Positions 16,596 to 30,530 are shown, counted from the first letter of the stretch. The stretch is DNA of 64,000 bases from Octopus vulgaris (GCA_951406725.2 OX597836.1:39742001-39806000); one strand, 5' to 3'. The notes: generated by a model from the letters alone, not told the origin. A program made the numbers and translations.

Positions 16596-16755
16596 AACAC
16601 AATAACGTGCATATACGACGGGCTTCCGCACAGTTTCCGTCTACCAAATTCACTCACAAGGAATTGGTCGGCCCAGGTCTGTAGTGGAAAAAGCAGAGTG
16701 GGTCTGAACTCGAAACCACGTCTTTCTAAAGCAAGCTTTTTATCACGCGGCCATA
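16340..16755 (-). mobile_element. SINE family B, diverged
   Basis: ggccatgctggagc, internal (CA)n, tacgacgggcttcc...cagtttccgtctaccaaat. Confidence 0.75.
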
Positions 16756-16790
16756 CACAGCAGCCAATAGAAATTTGCAGTGTGCGAGTG

Positions 16791-16823
<33 letters not shown>

Positions 16824-16930
16824 TGTGCGTGTCTGTTAGCTCATTTCTAGATCATCAAGAAAACAGATAAACATGTGTATGTATTCTAAAATAAGTGAGA
16901 CGATACACTGAATCAGATATCAAAAACATA

Positions 16931-17351
16931 TTCTTCTTTATTGCCCACAAGGGGCTAAACATAGAGGGGACAAACAAGTACAGACAAAAGGATTAAGTCG
17001 ATTACATCGACCCCAGTGCGAAACTGGCACTTTATTTATTGACCCCGAAAGGATGAATGGCAAAGTCGACCTCGGCGGAATTTAAACTCAAAACGTAACG
17101 GCAGACGAAATACCTATTTCTTTATTGCCCACAAAGGGCTAAACACAGAGGGGACAAACAAGGACAGACAAACGGATTAAGTCGATTACATCGACCCCAG
17201 TGCGTAACTAACTGGTACTTAATTTATCGACCCCGAAAGGATGAAAGGCAAAGTCGACCTTGGCGGAATTTGAACTCAGAACGTAACGGTAGACGAAATG
17301 CCGCTAAGCATTTCTCCCGGCGTGCTAACGAGTCTGTCAGCTCGCCGCCTT
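16931..17351 (-). mobile_element. SINE family A dimer
   Basis: Two body units plus head. Confidence 0.9.
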
Positions 17352-17457
17352 CAGAGATCAAAAATATAAAGACGTTAGCCACAATTTCTGGCTGTTGGCT
17401 GAAGATAGGAACCGGCTACGTAGTAGAATAATTGAACTGCGCAACAGTTGATTTAAC

Positions 17458-17760
17458 GCAGTGCCTTTCAACCTTTTTGCTGGAGCGGAACCCCAAGGAA
17501 ACCATTCCACTGGCTCAAGGAACCCCTGTGCAATAATTTTATTGTCTTACGCAAAAAAACAGCATTTAGATAATGAAATGAAAATATTCATGTTCAGATT
17601 TATTTACAATAAAATCACAAACTGTAAAAAAATTGTCACGTTCATATGCAATTTTATTCTTGCATCTACAGTTATTATTAAAAAATGTATTAAAAAACAC
17701 TTTAGTTTGAATAGATTACATTTATTCTCATCAAAAACTCAATGAGAATCTTGAGCCTGG
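17458..17760 (+). mobile_element. hAT-type DNA transposon left end (same family as 54807-55025)
   Basis: First ~90 bp nearly identical to the MITE at 54807; right boundary uncertain. Confidence 0.7.
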
Positions 17761-18149
17761 TGTTTCTTGCACAACTCTTTAAGATTGTGGTTAAATTTTA
17801 ACCACACCAAGCAAGACCTTACCGGATTGAATAAACTACTACGATGCAAAATATTTCAAGGTTAGTGAAAGCATTCATAATTAGGAGAGAAAAAACAATC
17901 ATTTAAATTTGCTGATAGTAAGAATATTGTTCGTGAGCTGAGCTGTGCTGATGATATGGAAAACTTACGAATCCCTGCAGATGCTGGAAAATGAATGTAA
18001 ATACAGAAACTTTATCTTTTACTTGCTTCAGACATTAGACTGCGGTCATGCTGGGGCACCACCTTGAAGAGCTTTTAGCCAAACGAACTGACCTTAGTAC
18101 ATGAATTCGGAACCACGTGGTTGGGAAGCAAGCTTCACCTATATATATA

Positions 18150-18497
18150 TAATAAATATTAGGGAATAAATCCAAACTTACAGGGAAAAAATCAGATTTA
18201 GGATTGAATCCAATTTTATAGTAAAATATTATATTATATTAAATTAGAGACAAAACCACTATTAGGCAAATCAAACAATGAAAAACTTGAGCCAATACAT
18301 AATATTTAATTTATATTATTTAAATATAACAAAATTATTAAAGAAATATAATTAATATCACACTGTGTGATATTAATTATATTTTTTAATAATTTTGTTA
18401 TATTTAAATAATATAAATTAAATATTATGTATTGGCTCAAGTTTTTCATTGTTTGATTTGCCTAATAGTGGTTTTGTCTCTAATTTAATATAATATA

Positions 18498-18499
<2 letters not shown>
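18150..18499. mobile_element. (TA)n-embedded element containing a ~270-bp near-perfect palindrome (same family as 41535-41840)
   Basis: Arms 18228-18363 and 18365-18499 around atatcacac-t-gtgtgatat; first ~140 bp similar to 41535-41675. Confidence 0.75.
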
Positions 18500-18572
<73 letters not shown>

Positions 18573-18575
<3 letters not shown>

Positions 18576-18940
18576 GACAAGAACGCAAAATATCCAAATA
18601 GACGATACAAAAAACACGGACTGGTCATTCGAAGCCTCTAATCTTCAGTCAAGAACTAGATTATCCTCGCAATTTCGGCTGATTAATCTTGAGATTGCTC
18701 CAATCTGGCTAGCCCCAAGGAAATACTAAGCTACGAGCATTAGATTTCTTGGGAAAAGGATCGAATATATACGAAACAAGGACAGAAAAACGGACGATGT
18801 TACACGAATATAAATGCAAAAAAAAAAACAAAAAATAATATGAATATAAATACAAAAAATAATATGAATACAAATATAAAAAAACAATAATAATAACAGG
18901 ACATAACAACAGGCGTCTTTCGACTCAGACGAATTGAATA
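18573..18940. mobile_element. (TA)n-embedded repeat (same family as 40855-41152)
   Basis: Shares cattcgaagcc...atcttcagtcaagaac...aatttcggctgattaatcttgagattgctcc with 40874-40950. Confidence 0.7.
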
Positions 18941-18944
18941 TATA

Positions 18945-19430
18945 TATGTCTGTATTTGTGTTTGTGTTCGTCCCCTTTTGCCGCATTATAAATGGTGTTG
19001 GTTTGTTTATGTCCCAGTTCAGGGAAAAATCCCGACAGAATAAACACCTGGCTTAAAACATGAAAATTAGCACTGGTGTCAACTTGTTAGACTAAACACT
19101 TCAGGGCGGTCCTCCAGCATGGCCGCAGTCCAATGACTGGAACAAAATAAAAATCAAACGACTTTTCATGGTTCCGGGTTCATTCCCACTGCATGGCACC
19201 TTGGGTAAGTGTCTTCTACTATAGCCTCGGGTCGACCAAAGCCTTGTGAGTGGATTTGGTAGACGGAAACTGAAAGAAGCCCATCATATATATGTACATA
19301 TATATGTATGTGTGTGTATATGTTTGTGCGTCTTTGTTTGTCCCCCAAACATCGCTTGACAACCGTAACTTAGCGGTTCGGCAGAAGAAGTCTTGGGGTC
19401 GATTTGAAACAAGTAAAAGAGTAAAAGAGA
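18945..19430 (+). mobile_element. Two SINE family B pieces (decayed 3' half; internally deleted copy)
   Basis: Family B motifs at ~18945-19160 and 19167-19430. Confidence 0.8.
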
Positions 19431-20173
19431 GTACGGAGATGAACGCTCCAATACTTAGTTTTAAGCACGCTTTGTCTTTTGGTCAAAAATGGGAGCTTTG
19501 TTACTTGGTAGAATAATTCTTTCTACTTTAGGCAAAAGCAGCCTCAAATTTTGGAGGAGAGTGTTAATCGATTACATCGACTCCAGTGCTTAACTGGTGC
19601 TTATTTTATCGATGGGAATCTGTTCAACGTCACTTCAGATTCTTTTCCTCTTCGTCACCGCATCAGTTCTTCGCATTCTGGCATTCTGTGTACAGTTCGT
19701 ATATAACATTTAAACATGCTATGAGCCCGCAGTTTTTGGCTGCAAGCGTCTCTTAAGCTTGAATGTCGTTCCTGCAACTGTCAGATATGACATATCGAAG
19801 TCAGCATTCTTTGATATTTCTTCTTAAAGCCGACGGCAATATCTCTCCTTATCAAATGTGAGCTCCCTATATCAATAATGTCAACTTCAGCGCTAAGAAT
19901 TTTGTCCGGAGTCTTGACGGTTCTCTAAGCTCGCTGCCTTAAGTGGTAGAATAATTCTACTGCTCAAAATATATTGAATTCATCTTTACCAAGTAAAACA
20001 TTTAGACTTCAAATAGTCAGTAACTATTTTACACACACATACACACATAAACATTTTACACATAGAAACACAAACACACACATTTACTTATGGATCAAAA
20101 CTGTACGAATCAATGTTACAGATGAAAGAATAACAAACAAGGTGTATTAGCTTGACGCTTGAAAAAATGATAT

Positions 20174-20209
20174 CTTTGACGTTTCGAGCCTACGCTCTTC
20201 TACAGAAAG
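20174..20209 (-). ncRNA. Minimal hammerhead-like motif (A6-to-U variant) in a repeated element
   Basis: Minus strand cttt-CTGTAGA-a-gagc(gtag)gctc-GAAACGTC^-aaag; related copies at 31613 and 42512. Confidence 0.55.
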
Positions 20210-20301
20210 GAAGGAGGAGAGAAAACAAACAGAGAGAGAAAGAGGGAAAGGAAAAAAACGGAGAGAGAAAAGAAACGTATCTGGATTAATGGTTGTAAAT
20301 G

Positions 20302-20338
<37 letters not shown>

Positions 20339-20656
20339 TGTAATATAGGATAAAATTTTTCGAAAAAAATTTTATCAATGGCCAGCATATTAAAAAATAC
20401 CTTTAAAGGTTAAATTCCATGGGTATGAGTAAGTATTTCATTTATGTCTTACGCATTTATCGCTGACGAGGAGAAAATTCTTATGAATTAACTTTGAAAT
20501 TGGGACCGATACGATAATAACGGAATTTTTTAGAAATCTCTGTCGGCTTACTTCGAGACGCGTGTTAATAGTGATAAATTATATGGTTATTGAGAATTTG
20601 TCTATTTTCGGCATATTTGGCATTAGAATTGTTTTCCTTTGCCTTTGTTTATAAGT

Positions 20657-20727
<71 letters not shown>

Positions 20728-21099
20728 GTTCGAATATAACCTGAAAACAGCCGAAAGCCGCAAAGAAAAACATACATGTGAAGTAAATTTTTCTCTCCTC
20801 TATCCTTACATGTAGCCTTGATAGTTTCTCGACAAGGTTTTATCTGAAAGTATAACAGAAAAGCTGGAATATTCCTGTAGATAACTTTATTCTCCTTGTG
20901 CATATAGTTAGCTTCAGTTCTTATCAATAGCTGTGTGGATCATATTGTATCAGTCTCTTAATGGCACGACCTGTAGCAGTCAGGACCTTAGCAAAGCGTA
21001 GTATTCTGATATTCACGAATAAGAAACTGATCAAACATCTTATTGTGTAGTCATACAATCAGCGAACTTAGGCGATGTTGTTTAACTTCTTTAATAAAA

Positions 21100-22330
21100 A
21101 TGTTTTATTCCCTTTTGATGAGAATCTGTTCGGCGCCTCTTCAGATTCTTTTCCTCTTCAATAGTCACTGCACCAATGTTTCGAATTCAGGTACTGCGAG
21201 CACAATTTATACTTAACATTTAAGCATGCTATGCGTCTGTAGATTTTGGTTACAAGCGTCTCTTGGTTCTGAGGCGTCAGTTCCTGCAACTGTCAAGTAC
21301 GGCACATCGGGGTCAGCATTCTTTGCTGGGTTTTGTATTTTCGTAAGTTTAGCGCCAGTATTCATCCTTGTCAAATGTAGGCTTCCTATACCTATTTCTT
21401 TACTACCCACAAGGGGCTAAACATAGAGGGGACAAACAAGGACAGACAAACGGATTAAGTCGATTACATCGACTCCAGTGCGTAACTGGTACTTAATTTA
21501 TCGACCCCGAAAGGATGAAAGGCAAAGTCAACCCCAGCGGAATTTGAACTCAGAACGTAAAGACAGACGAAATACTGCTAAGCATTTCGCCCGGCGTGCT
21601 AACGTTTCTGCCCGCTCGCCGCCTTCAAGCTTTTGATATACCACTCGTAGTTCGTGTTTGAGGTCGATGAATTTATTTGTGAGTGTTTCACATTGGCAGA
21701 TCTCGTAAATTTTAGACACTCTATCATAAAGACGCAATTGTGGCTCATGCATTCATTATTCACTTTCCATCTGATGAAAGTATCCAGTTATTCAATGTTT
21801 TTTTCTTCATTTTTACATAGTCAGATTATTTTGTGAAGCGGAATGGCGGTGTGGAAGTAGCAATCTATTTTGGTTGTGTTTTATTTTCATCGATCTCTCT
21901 TACTCCTATCTGGTGGCGAATGGTAATTGCAGCATTATATCATAGGTCATTCAATGTTCTAAAGCTGATATTTATTTCAATTTATACTAGGTGTTCTTTA
22001 GCAACTTGATCGATTGAGAGAACATTATGAAGTCAGTAGGTTTTTCAATCGACTCATGTCATAATAATCTTTCTTTCATTCAGCGGTTTCGTTGGAGTAA
22101 ACAGAAATGTCCTCCTTAAATCTTGCAGCAAGTGTGTTTTGGCCATACTCTTCTTTCTGTTTTCTCTTGTTCGTATCCGTGTAATAGCAGCAATTCTCTC
22201 TCTGTGTTACTGTCCGCCATTTTTGTTTTGCTAGTGGTTGATATATTTTAACAATTTCTCGAGTGTAGAATCTATTGATTGCCTGACGTTACTATTTGCT
22301 GTGCATTTCTGACGGTTGATTTTTGCCAGG
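21100..22330 (-). pseudogene. Heavily decayed LINE N-terminal region (R4/Dong-like), split by a SINE A; diverged paralogous piece at ~19615-19830
   Basis: Patchy minus-strand translation LNDL*YNAAITI, TNKFIDLKHELRVVYQKLE and DEYWR recalls R4-clade pre-RT regions. 21121-21330 aligns by eye to 19615-19820. Confidence 0.4.
21391..21625 (-). mobile_element. SINE family A monomer
   Basis: Head plus one body unit. Confidence 0.92.
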
Positions 22331-22364
22331 TAGAATAGATATTCTTTTTTACAACAAGAGTTGA

Positions 22365-22520
22365 GGCATGGCTGTGTGGTTAAGAAGCTTGTTTCGCAGC
22401 CACATGTTCTCGGGTTCATTTCCACCACAAGGCATCTTGAGCAAGTGTCTTCTACTATAGCCCTAGTACAAATAATGCTCTGTAAGCGGATTTGGTACAT
22501 GGAAACTGAAAGAAACCTGA
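22365..22520 (+). mobile_element. SINE family B 5' half, diverged
   Basis: ggctgtgtggttaagaagcttg...cttgagcaagtgtcttctactatagcc. Confidence 0.8.
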
Positions 22521-22615
22521 CACATACATTCACACACACACACACCTATATATATATATAAGAAATTAAAAACGGAATATACGCACACTTACATAGTTTT
22601 AACATAATTTTTAAT

Positions 22616-22650
22616 ATATCAACCGGTTTCGCTATCGCTATTCATGATAT
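22616..22650 (-). ncRNA. Minimal hammerhead-like motif, A3-U8 core variant
   Basis: Minus strand atatc-ATGAATA-gc(gata)gc-GAAACCGGTT^-gatat: 5-bp stem I, palindromic ACCGGT stem III. Confidence 0.55.
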
Positions 22651-22904
22651 TATGTTTTACTCATTTGAATATGTATTTTTTTCTTAAGAAGAAATTTTGT
22701 CCATGTTGTGTGTGAAGAAATTCACGAGTGAATGACTTCACAAGTAGATAGAAAAGGGAGGTAATTGGTTATCGTTATTATTGTTATTGTTGTGGGTAAG
22801 GGAGATAACTGTTCAGCTTTCGGTAATTAGAGGGGAATATATATGTACAAAGACTAGTTACGAAAACCTTGTTTAGTGAGCGGATTTATGTACAGTGATG
22901 TAAT

Positions 22905-23032
22905 CGTATATCGACCCCGAAAGGATGAAAGGCAAAGTCGGCTTCGGCGGAATTTGAACTCAGAACGTAACGGCAGACGAAATACCGCTAAGCATTTCGT
23001 CCGGCGCTAACGTTTCTGCCAGCTCGCCGCCT
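22905..23032 (-). mobile_element. SINE family A, 5' part
   Basis: Head and core match. Confidence 0.88.
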
Positions 23033-23339
23033 TTTCCATTAAGTGTACCATTTAGAAAGTCCCACGGGCCGCGCGTTGCCCATGACTGGTGCAAAATTTA
23101 GTAAACCACATGTTACTATCAGTTTGTCCGTTTCATTACTGTGAAGATGCTCTCTAAGAAGTCGCTACTTCGCACTACTCCAGAGAAAATAAGCTAGATC
23201 GTTTGTTTTGTGTGTTTTTTTTCCTTTTACCAATCAAGGTTGTATTTATGGTGTAAAGTATTAGAGGGAAAGTATTCCTTTACGTGATAAGACGAATAAT
23301 TCCCTACAGCTGATGCAATATGAATTCGTCACCCATAAT

Positions 23340-23371
23340 TCTGTATGTATGTATGCATGCATGTATGTATG

Positions 23372-23457
<86 letters not shown>

Positions 23458-23770
23458 TATACATATATATGCATATATATACACACACATACATATATGT
23501 ATATACGAATGTATATATAAACGTATGCACACATACATACACACATATATATATATATATATACATACATACATACACGCACATATATACACACATATAT
23601 ATAGATAGATAGGTATATATGTATTTCATAATAGATGCTTACATACATACATACAACATACACATATATATACATATATATACATACATTGTATATATAT
23701 GTGTATACATATGCAGACATATATATGTATGTATATATATATATATATATATATACATACATACATATAT

Positions 23771-23811
<41 letters not shown>

Positions 23812-23815
23812 TATG

Positions 23816-23895
<80 letters not shown>
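23340..23895. repeat. Imperfect (TA)n/(TATG)n microsatellite
   Basis: Directly visible. Confidence 0.95.
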
Positions 23896-23899
<4 letters not shown>

Positions 23900-24561
23900 T
23901 AGCTGTGTCTGTCTAAATGAACCAAGCGGACTGTACTAAACGAGAGATGCTAGTGGTGGGAAGTGTGTATACAATAAGGTACTCGTAGTTCTATTAACAT
24001 TGTATAGTAAAGTGAAAATATTGATCAATAGCCAACATTATTCTGATTGTACTCAGGTATATATATATAATATATTGAATATGTTTAGTGAGTAGCCATT
24101 ATGATACAGGTATTGATTACATCATCTCATTAACTTCGTTATCGATTTTTGATAGTTGCCCTTTTTCTTTTCTCTAAGACTACAAAAGGCAAACAACTTT
24201 TATTTTTATTTATTTATTTTTTTATTTATTTATTTATTTATTTTTTACTAAACAGGTAGGTGAATGGAATGTATGTAGTTCATACCTTTATGTAGGGGCC
24301 ATTTCGTTGTTGTTTGAATGAAGACCAACAGAAATGGTGGTAACAAAATCGTTGTAGTCTCCCCTCCTTTTAGACGTGACCCCTGAGCGTACTCAACATC
24401 CGCAGGTCAACATTCACAGGAAATAGCATAGACATGCAGGTCAACTGAGGTCTGGTCTAAATGTTTGTTAAACTCACCGAACATCCCAATATCAAATGTT
24501 GTTACTATTGTTAATTGATTAGGGGTAGACCAACCTTGTATATATATATATATATATATAC

Positions 24562-25167
24562 AAGGCGGCGAGCTGGCAGAATTGTTAACACGCCGGGCGA
24601 AATGCCTAAGCGGTATTTCGTCTGCGTATTTCGTTCTGAGTTCAAATTCCGCCGAGATCGACTTTGCCTTTTGTCCTTTCGGGGTCGATTAAATAAGTAC
24701 CAGTTACGCACTGGGGTCGATATAATCGACTTAATCCGTTTGTCTCTCCTTGTTTGTCCCCTCTGTGTTTAACCCCTTGTGGGTAGTAAAGAAATAGGTA
24801 TTTCGTCAGCCGTTACGTTCTGAGTTCAAATTCCGCCAAGGTCGACTTTGCCTTTCGTCCTTTCGGGGTCGATTAAGTAAGAACCAGTTACGCACTGGGG
24901 TCGATATAATCGACTTAATCCGTTTGTCTGTCCTTGTTTATCCTCTCTGTGCTTAGCCCCTAGTGGGTAGTAAAGAAATAGGTATTTCGTCAGCCGTTAC
25001 GTTCTGAGTTCAAATTCCGCCAAGGTCGACTTTGCCTTTCATCCTTTCGGGGTCGATTAAATTAAGTACCAGTTACGCACTGAAGTCGATATAATCGACT
25101 TAATCCGTTTGTCTGTCCTTGTTTGTCCCTTCTGTGCTTAGCCCCTAATGGGTAGTAAAGAAATAGG
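24562..25167 (+). mobile_element. SINE family A trimer
   Basis: Head plus three units; direct repeat ggtagaccaaccttg at 24524-24538 and 25166-25180. Confidence 0.92.
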
Positions 25168-25299
25168 TAGACCAACCTTGATTCAGTAAATTTATGATTA
25201 AATGTATTCCTGATGTGTCCATTCTCTCCCTTGTTTTCCGACAGTGTGCAACCTGGACTACATTATCTAAAGTCCTCTTCTCTTTCTTGAAAAGTCAGA

Positions 25300-25565
25300 G
25301 GGTGATTTGTGAGAACTATTGGCTGCTGTGTCTAACAGGTTGAAAAAGCGAGACCGAGCAGTTTAAGAGGGTAGAGTGTGAGTTGAGAGAGCTATTGACT
25401 GATATTTCTTGCAGATTTGATCAACTGGTACTGAGAAGTTAAAGAAGGTTGGGTGCGATTTGTGAGAGCGTTTGGCTTCTGTTTCTAGAAGGTTGAACAA
25501 ACGTGACCGAACCGTTTAAGAAGAGAGAGCTTTTGTCAGCTTTTCTATCAGGTTGAACAACCGGG
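25300..25565 (+). repeat. Degenerate ~75-bp tandem repeat
   Basis: The motif gatttgtgaga...ttggct(g/t)ctgt.tcta..aggttgaa recurs 3-4 times. Confidence 0.55.
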
Positions 25566-26531
25566 ATCGACTAGTTTCTTTGAACTGCTCGACCGCGTTC
25601 AAACACTGCCGAATTACTACCGTTTACTGTGTTTTAGGGATTCAAATATGCCACACTTTTGTATGTCCTGCATCTTATCTTGTCCCATTTCGTATTTCAT
25701 ATACATATACATACACACACACACACACACACACAAAACTGATAGACAAATATATGCATCTGTGTGTGTGTGCGTGTGTGTTTGTGTTCCCATATTTCTT
25801 GAAAACATGTTGATTTGTTGGTTTGTTTACGTTTCCGTAACTTGGCCGTTTGGCAAAACGAATATACTAGACCTAAAAAATATAAGTACTGTTTTTGAAG
25901 TCAAAGGGATTAGTCTAGCTGATTTCTTCGACTAAGCATTGCAATGTGGTGCTCCAGTATGGCTGCAGCCCAATGACTCAAACAAGCTAAAGACTAAAAC
26001 AATAAACTGATCAATGACGCCTTTGAAATACATATTTATCCTGCAAAGAATTCTAAGAAAATGTTTTCTGATTGCTTTACCATATTCTAGTGTGGCACTA
26101 GTTATGGTAACTAGGTCTGGTGATTAATCGTTGCAATTCCAAAAATAGATAAATCTTGTTATCAAAGAATGGTTTTGTATGAGTAAGAATTTACAAACAC
26201 TACAATGGCAGTGTGGTTAAGAAACACGCCTAACAACCAAATGGTCTGGGGTTCAATTCCAAAGCGCAGCACTTTGGATAATTGATTTCTATTTTAGCCC
26301 TAGGATGACCAATGCCTTCTTTTATGTGTCTCTTCATGCATGTAGTTGCATATCAAGACATGCTCATATATACTTAAATGATAAACTTCTGCAAAGCTTT
26401 ACAGATATTTACAGTTCCAGTGATGGCTTGAATATGTAGTGTTCGAATCACCTTTCTCCTTTATGGTTTTTGAGAAACCACATTTCTCAAGATTGTTATA
26501 TAGGCAATGTGCTACATATCTTAGTGCCCCC

Positions 26532-26734
26532 GTATGTATGTATGTATGTATGTATGTATGTATGTATGTATGTATGTATGTATGTATGTATGTATGTATG
26601 TATGTATGTATGTATGTATGTATGTATGTATGTATGTATGTATGTATGTATGTATGTATGTATGTATGTATGTATGTATGTATGTATGTATGTATGCATG
26701 CATGCATGCATGCATGCATGCATGCATGCATGCA

Positions 26735-26789
<55 letters not shown>

Positions 26790-26800
26790 ATGTATGTATG
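26532..26800. repeat. (TATG)n-(CATG)n-(TG)n microsatellite
   Basis: Directly visible. Confidence 0.97.
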
Positions 26801-26935
26801 CATCTTTTAAAAGCTGCGTTGTGTGTGTCGACAGACTTGCAATTAAAATTCCCGGCGTTTTTAATGAAAACTCGTTAGCTACTATGGTGGCAACACTATC
26901 TATCTAACTATTTATCTATCTGTCACACACACATA

Positions 26936-26981
<46 letters not shown>

Positions 26982-27249
26982 GTGACTATTTCTCTCAACA
27001 ACAACCTTTTCTCCTCCCTTTCTTCTAGAAATATATTGTGTGTATTTATGTATGTATGTGAGTGTGTCTATCTGTCTGTGTGTGTTTGTCCTCAACACTG
27101 CTAATAACAGATGTTGTTTTGTTTACGTCTTGTTAACTTAGCAGGTCGGAAATAGTGAACGACAGAATATACAGAAGTAGCAGACTTAATAAGTTCTGAG
27201 GTCGAGTAGTTCGACTAAATTATTCAAAATGTACTCCAGCATAGCCAAT

Positions 27250-27593
27250 AACTCGGAGACCCCCTTCGGTCACGACACAGACTATCGGATTGCACCAAGG
27301 AAGTTACCCTCCCAGGCACAAGTCCGGGCGAGGTTGTTTATAGAAGACCAGCAGTAACGCATGCATACCTGCCTCCCCTCTCCACGCCATCAGTGTTATC
27401 CAAGGGAAAGACAAACGTCGATACAACTCGGCACCAGTGACGTCGCAACTCATTTCTACAGCTGAGTGAACTGGAGCAACGTGAAATAAAGTGCCTTGCT
27501 CAAGAACACAACACGCAGCCCGGTCCGGGATTCGAGCTCACAACCTCACGATCGTAAGCTCGACGCCCTAACCACTGAGCCATGCGCCTTCAC
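27250..27593 (-). mobile_element. SINE family D (tRNA head, CORE-like domain), tail type 1
   Basis: Minus strand gtgaaggcgcatggctcagtggttagggcg...tcgaatcccgg then gtgttcttgagcaaggcactttatttcacgttgctccagttcactcagctg. Confidence 0.85.
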
Positions 27594-28884
27594 TTGACTA
27601 AAACTAGACAAAATATATAAATAAAAGAGCGGAATCGGATTTTACAGACTTTAATAATATATTTTGATGAGTTATTTATTTGGTTGTAATAATTAGTTGT
27701 CGTGCGAGGTTGTTGCATTAAGTTATTGTTAAAAGTATTAACTAGCTGTTCAATAAATGAAAATTCAAGTAATGACTGAGATTACTGACTTAGTTAATCT
27801 GGTATTATAAAAGAGAAGCGACTCTCCATCTTTCTGTCTGTCCACAACATCTATTAGAAGGGGAAAGAAGAGGAGGAGTCAAAATATGTGTCTCAATATA
27901 TTTCTAGAAGAAAGGGAGGAGAAAAAGTTGTTGTTGAGAGAAATAGTCACAGTGAGAGTGAGAGAGAGAGAGAGAAAGTATGTGTGTGTGACAAACAGAT
28001 AAATAGATAGATAGATAGTGTTGCCACCATAGTAACTAACAAGTTATTAAAAACGCAGGGAATTTTAATTGCAAGTCTGTCGACACCACACAACACAGCT
28101 TTTAAAAACACTTTCACTATATAAAAATATAGATAGCAATTTTTGTTATTTGTGTGTGTATATGTGTGTGTGTGTCTGTGTGTATGTCTGTGTATGTGTG
28201 TCTGTGTGTTTCCGCATGACAACACAACACAACACTGCTTCATAAAACAATGACTTTCACTGTACAACAATATAGTTATTGTTTTGGTTGTGTATGTGTG
28301 TATGTCTTTCAACAAAGAAACAGCACAACAAATGCTTTAAATCGAGACTGTCACTATAATTACAGGTTGTTGTTGTTGTTAAAAGAGAGAGAGAGAGAGA
28401 GAGAGTGAGAAAGAGATTGAGAAAGAGAGAGAAGAGAGAGAAGAGAGAGAGAGAAAGAGTGAAAGATAGATATACTGTTGGCACAATAGTAACTAACGAG
28501 ACACGGTATAACAGTCTACTAGTAAACGAAGATACATACATGATTAACAAATAGCTTTACCGGCAGCGTAGCGACGTAGAAGGACCGAAAATTTTACAAT
28601 TTAAATGACGGATTTTTGATTACTATTTCAGATTATTTTTGAACTTAAATAACTACTTATACAATTGTATTTATGAAATGTATAAGAATATGTATAATAA
28701 TATATGCCTTTCACATAGATATAGCTTGTATTTTTACCTTCATCGTAAACTTCGTGCAGCTCGAAGTTTTGTCAGTGAACAGGTCGCGGTCTCAAAGTGA
28801 CGAAAACATTTTGGCAAATTAAATTTAAATGTCGAAGTGAATCTAAAGGTTTTTGTGTGTTTCTTAAATGGTTTATAAACACCT

Positions 28885-29229
28885 TCCACGGCATCTTGGG
28901 CAAGTGTCTTCTGCTATAGCCCCGGGCCGACCAATGCCTTGTGAGTGGATTTGGTAGACAGAAACTGAAAGAAGCCTGTCGTATATATGTATATATATAT
29001 ATGTATGTGTGTGTATGTGTTTGTATGTCTGTGTTTGTCCCCCTAGCATTGCTTGAAAACCGATGCTGGTGTGTTTACGTCCCCGTCACTTAGCGGTTCA
29101 GCAAAAGAGACCGATAGAATAAGTACTGGGCTTACAAAGAATAAGTCCCGGGGTCGATTTGCTCGACTAAAAGGCGGTGCTCCAGCATGGCCGCAGTCAA
29201 ATGACTGAAACAAGCAAAAGAGCAAAAGA

Positions 29230-29230
<1 letters not shown>
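28885..29230 (+). mobile_element. SINE family B, 5'-truncated
   Basis: Family B core, internal microsatellite and tail. Confidence 0.9.
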
Positions 29231-29282
<52 letters not shown>

Positions 29283-29747
29283 TATATAAATATATATATA
29301 CATATATATATACATATATATATACATATATATACATATATACATATATATGTATGTATGCATGTATGTATGTATGTATGTATGTATGTATGTATGTATG
29401 TATGTATGTATGTATGTATGTATGTATGAATACACACATATCTTTAATGTTTAATCTTTGGCTGGGAAAACTTCAGCACGATCTTTCTTTCGTCTTTTCT
29501 CTCTTTCTCCTTTTCTTTTTTATTCTCATTTTTATTCAATTTTCGTCCTATTACAAATTACATTTTCCTCTATCTCTACATATATAATTCTTTTTTTTTT
29601 TCCTTTTAACATTTTCTTTTCTTTTATTTTATCATTTATTCTACAATTTCCCAAAAAAAACAACCTTATGTCTTCCGTTCAGTTCAGCCTCGACTTAACC
29701 AAGATTCTGTTATTGTTTCCTGTGACCTTGGAACGTTGATGCTATCT

Positions 29748-30092
<345 letters not shown>

Positions 30093-30462
30093 AAGAAACA
30101 TGCAGAGATGCACATACATTCTATAGCCTAAAGATACAAAAACATAGACATTGTGTAATAATTACATTATCCCCAGTAGTTAATTTGATTCTAGTTCGCT
30201 ACCTCTCAGTAAAAGACTGATAACATCTAACAGCTAGTGGCGTGGAATTTACCAGATTCCATCAAACTCATCCTTAATTTCGCTCGAATATTAATATCCA
30301 TTCAACTGAAAATGGATAATATGGATATACAGTTTAAATCCTATTATAACTTATCCATGCAAGATTATAGTATATCACACCATATCACTTCACACTAGAC
30401 AATACTAAAACCATGGCGTAGCACATTACAGCAGAACATGGAATATCATATAACACCATATA

Positions 30463-30519
<57 letters not shown>

Positions 30520-30530
<11 letters not shown>

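Noticed and set aside
20455-20580. Hammerhead with long stem II (CTGACGA...GAGACGCGT)
   Set aside because: GAAA reads GAGA, and the cleavage site and stem I are out of register; at best a decayed copy.
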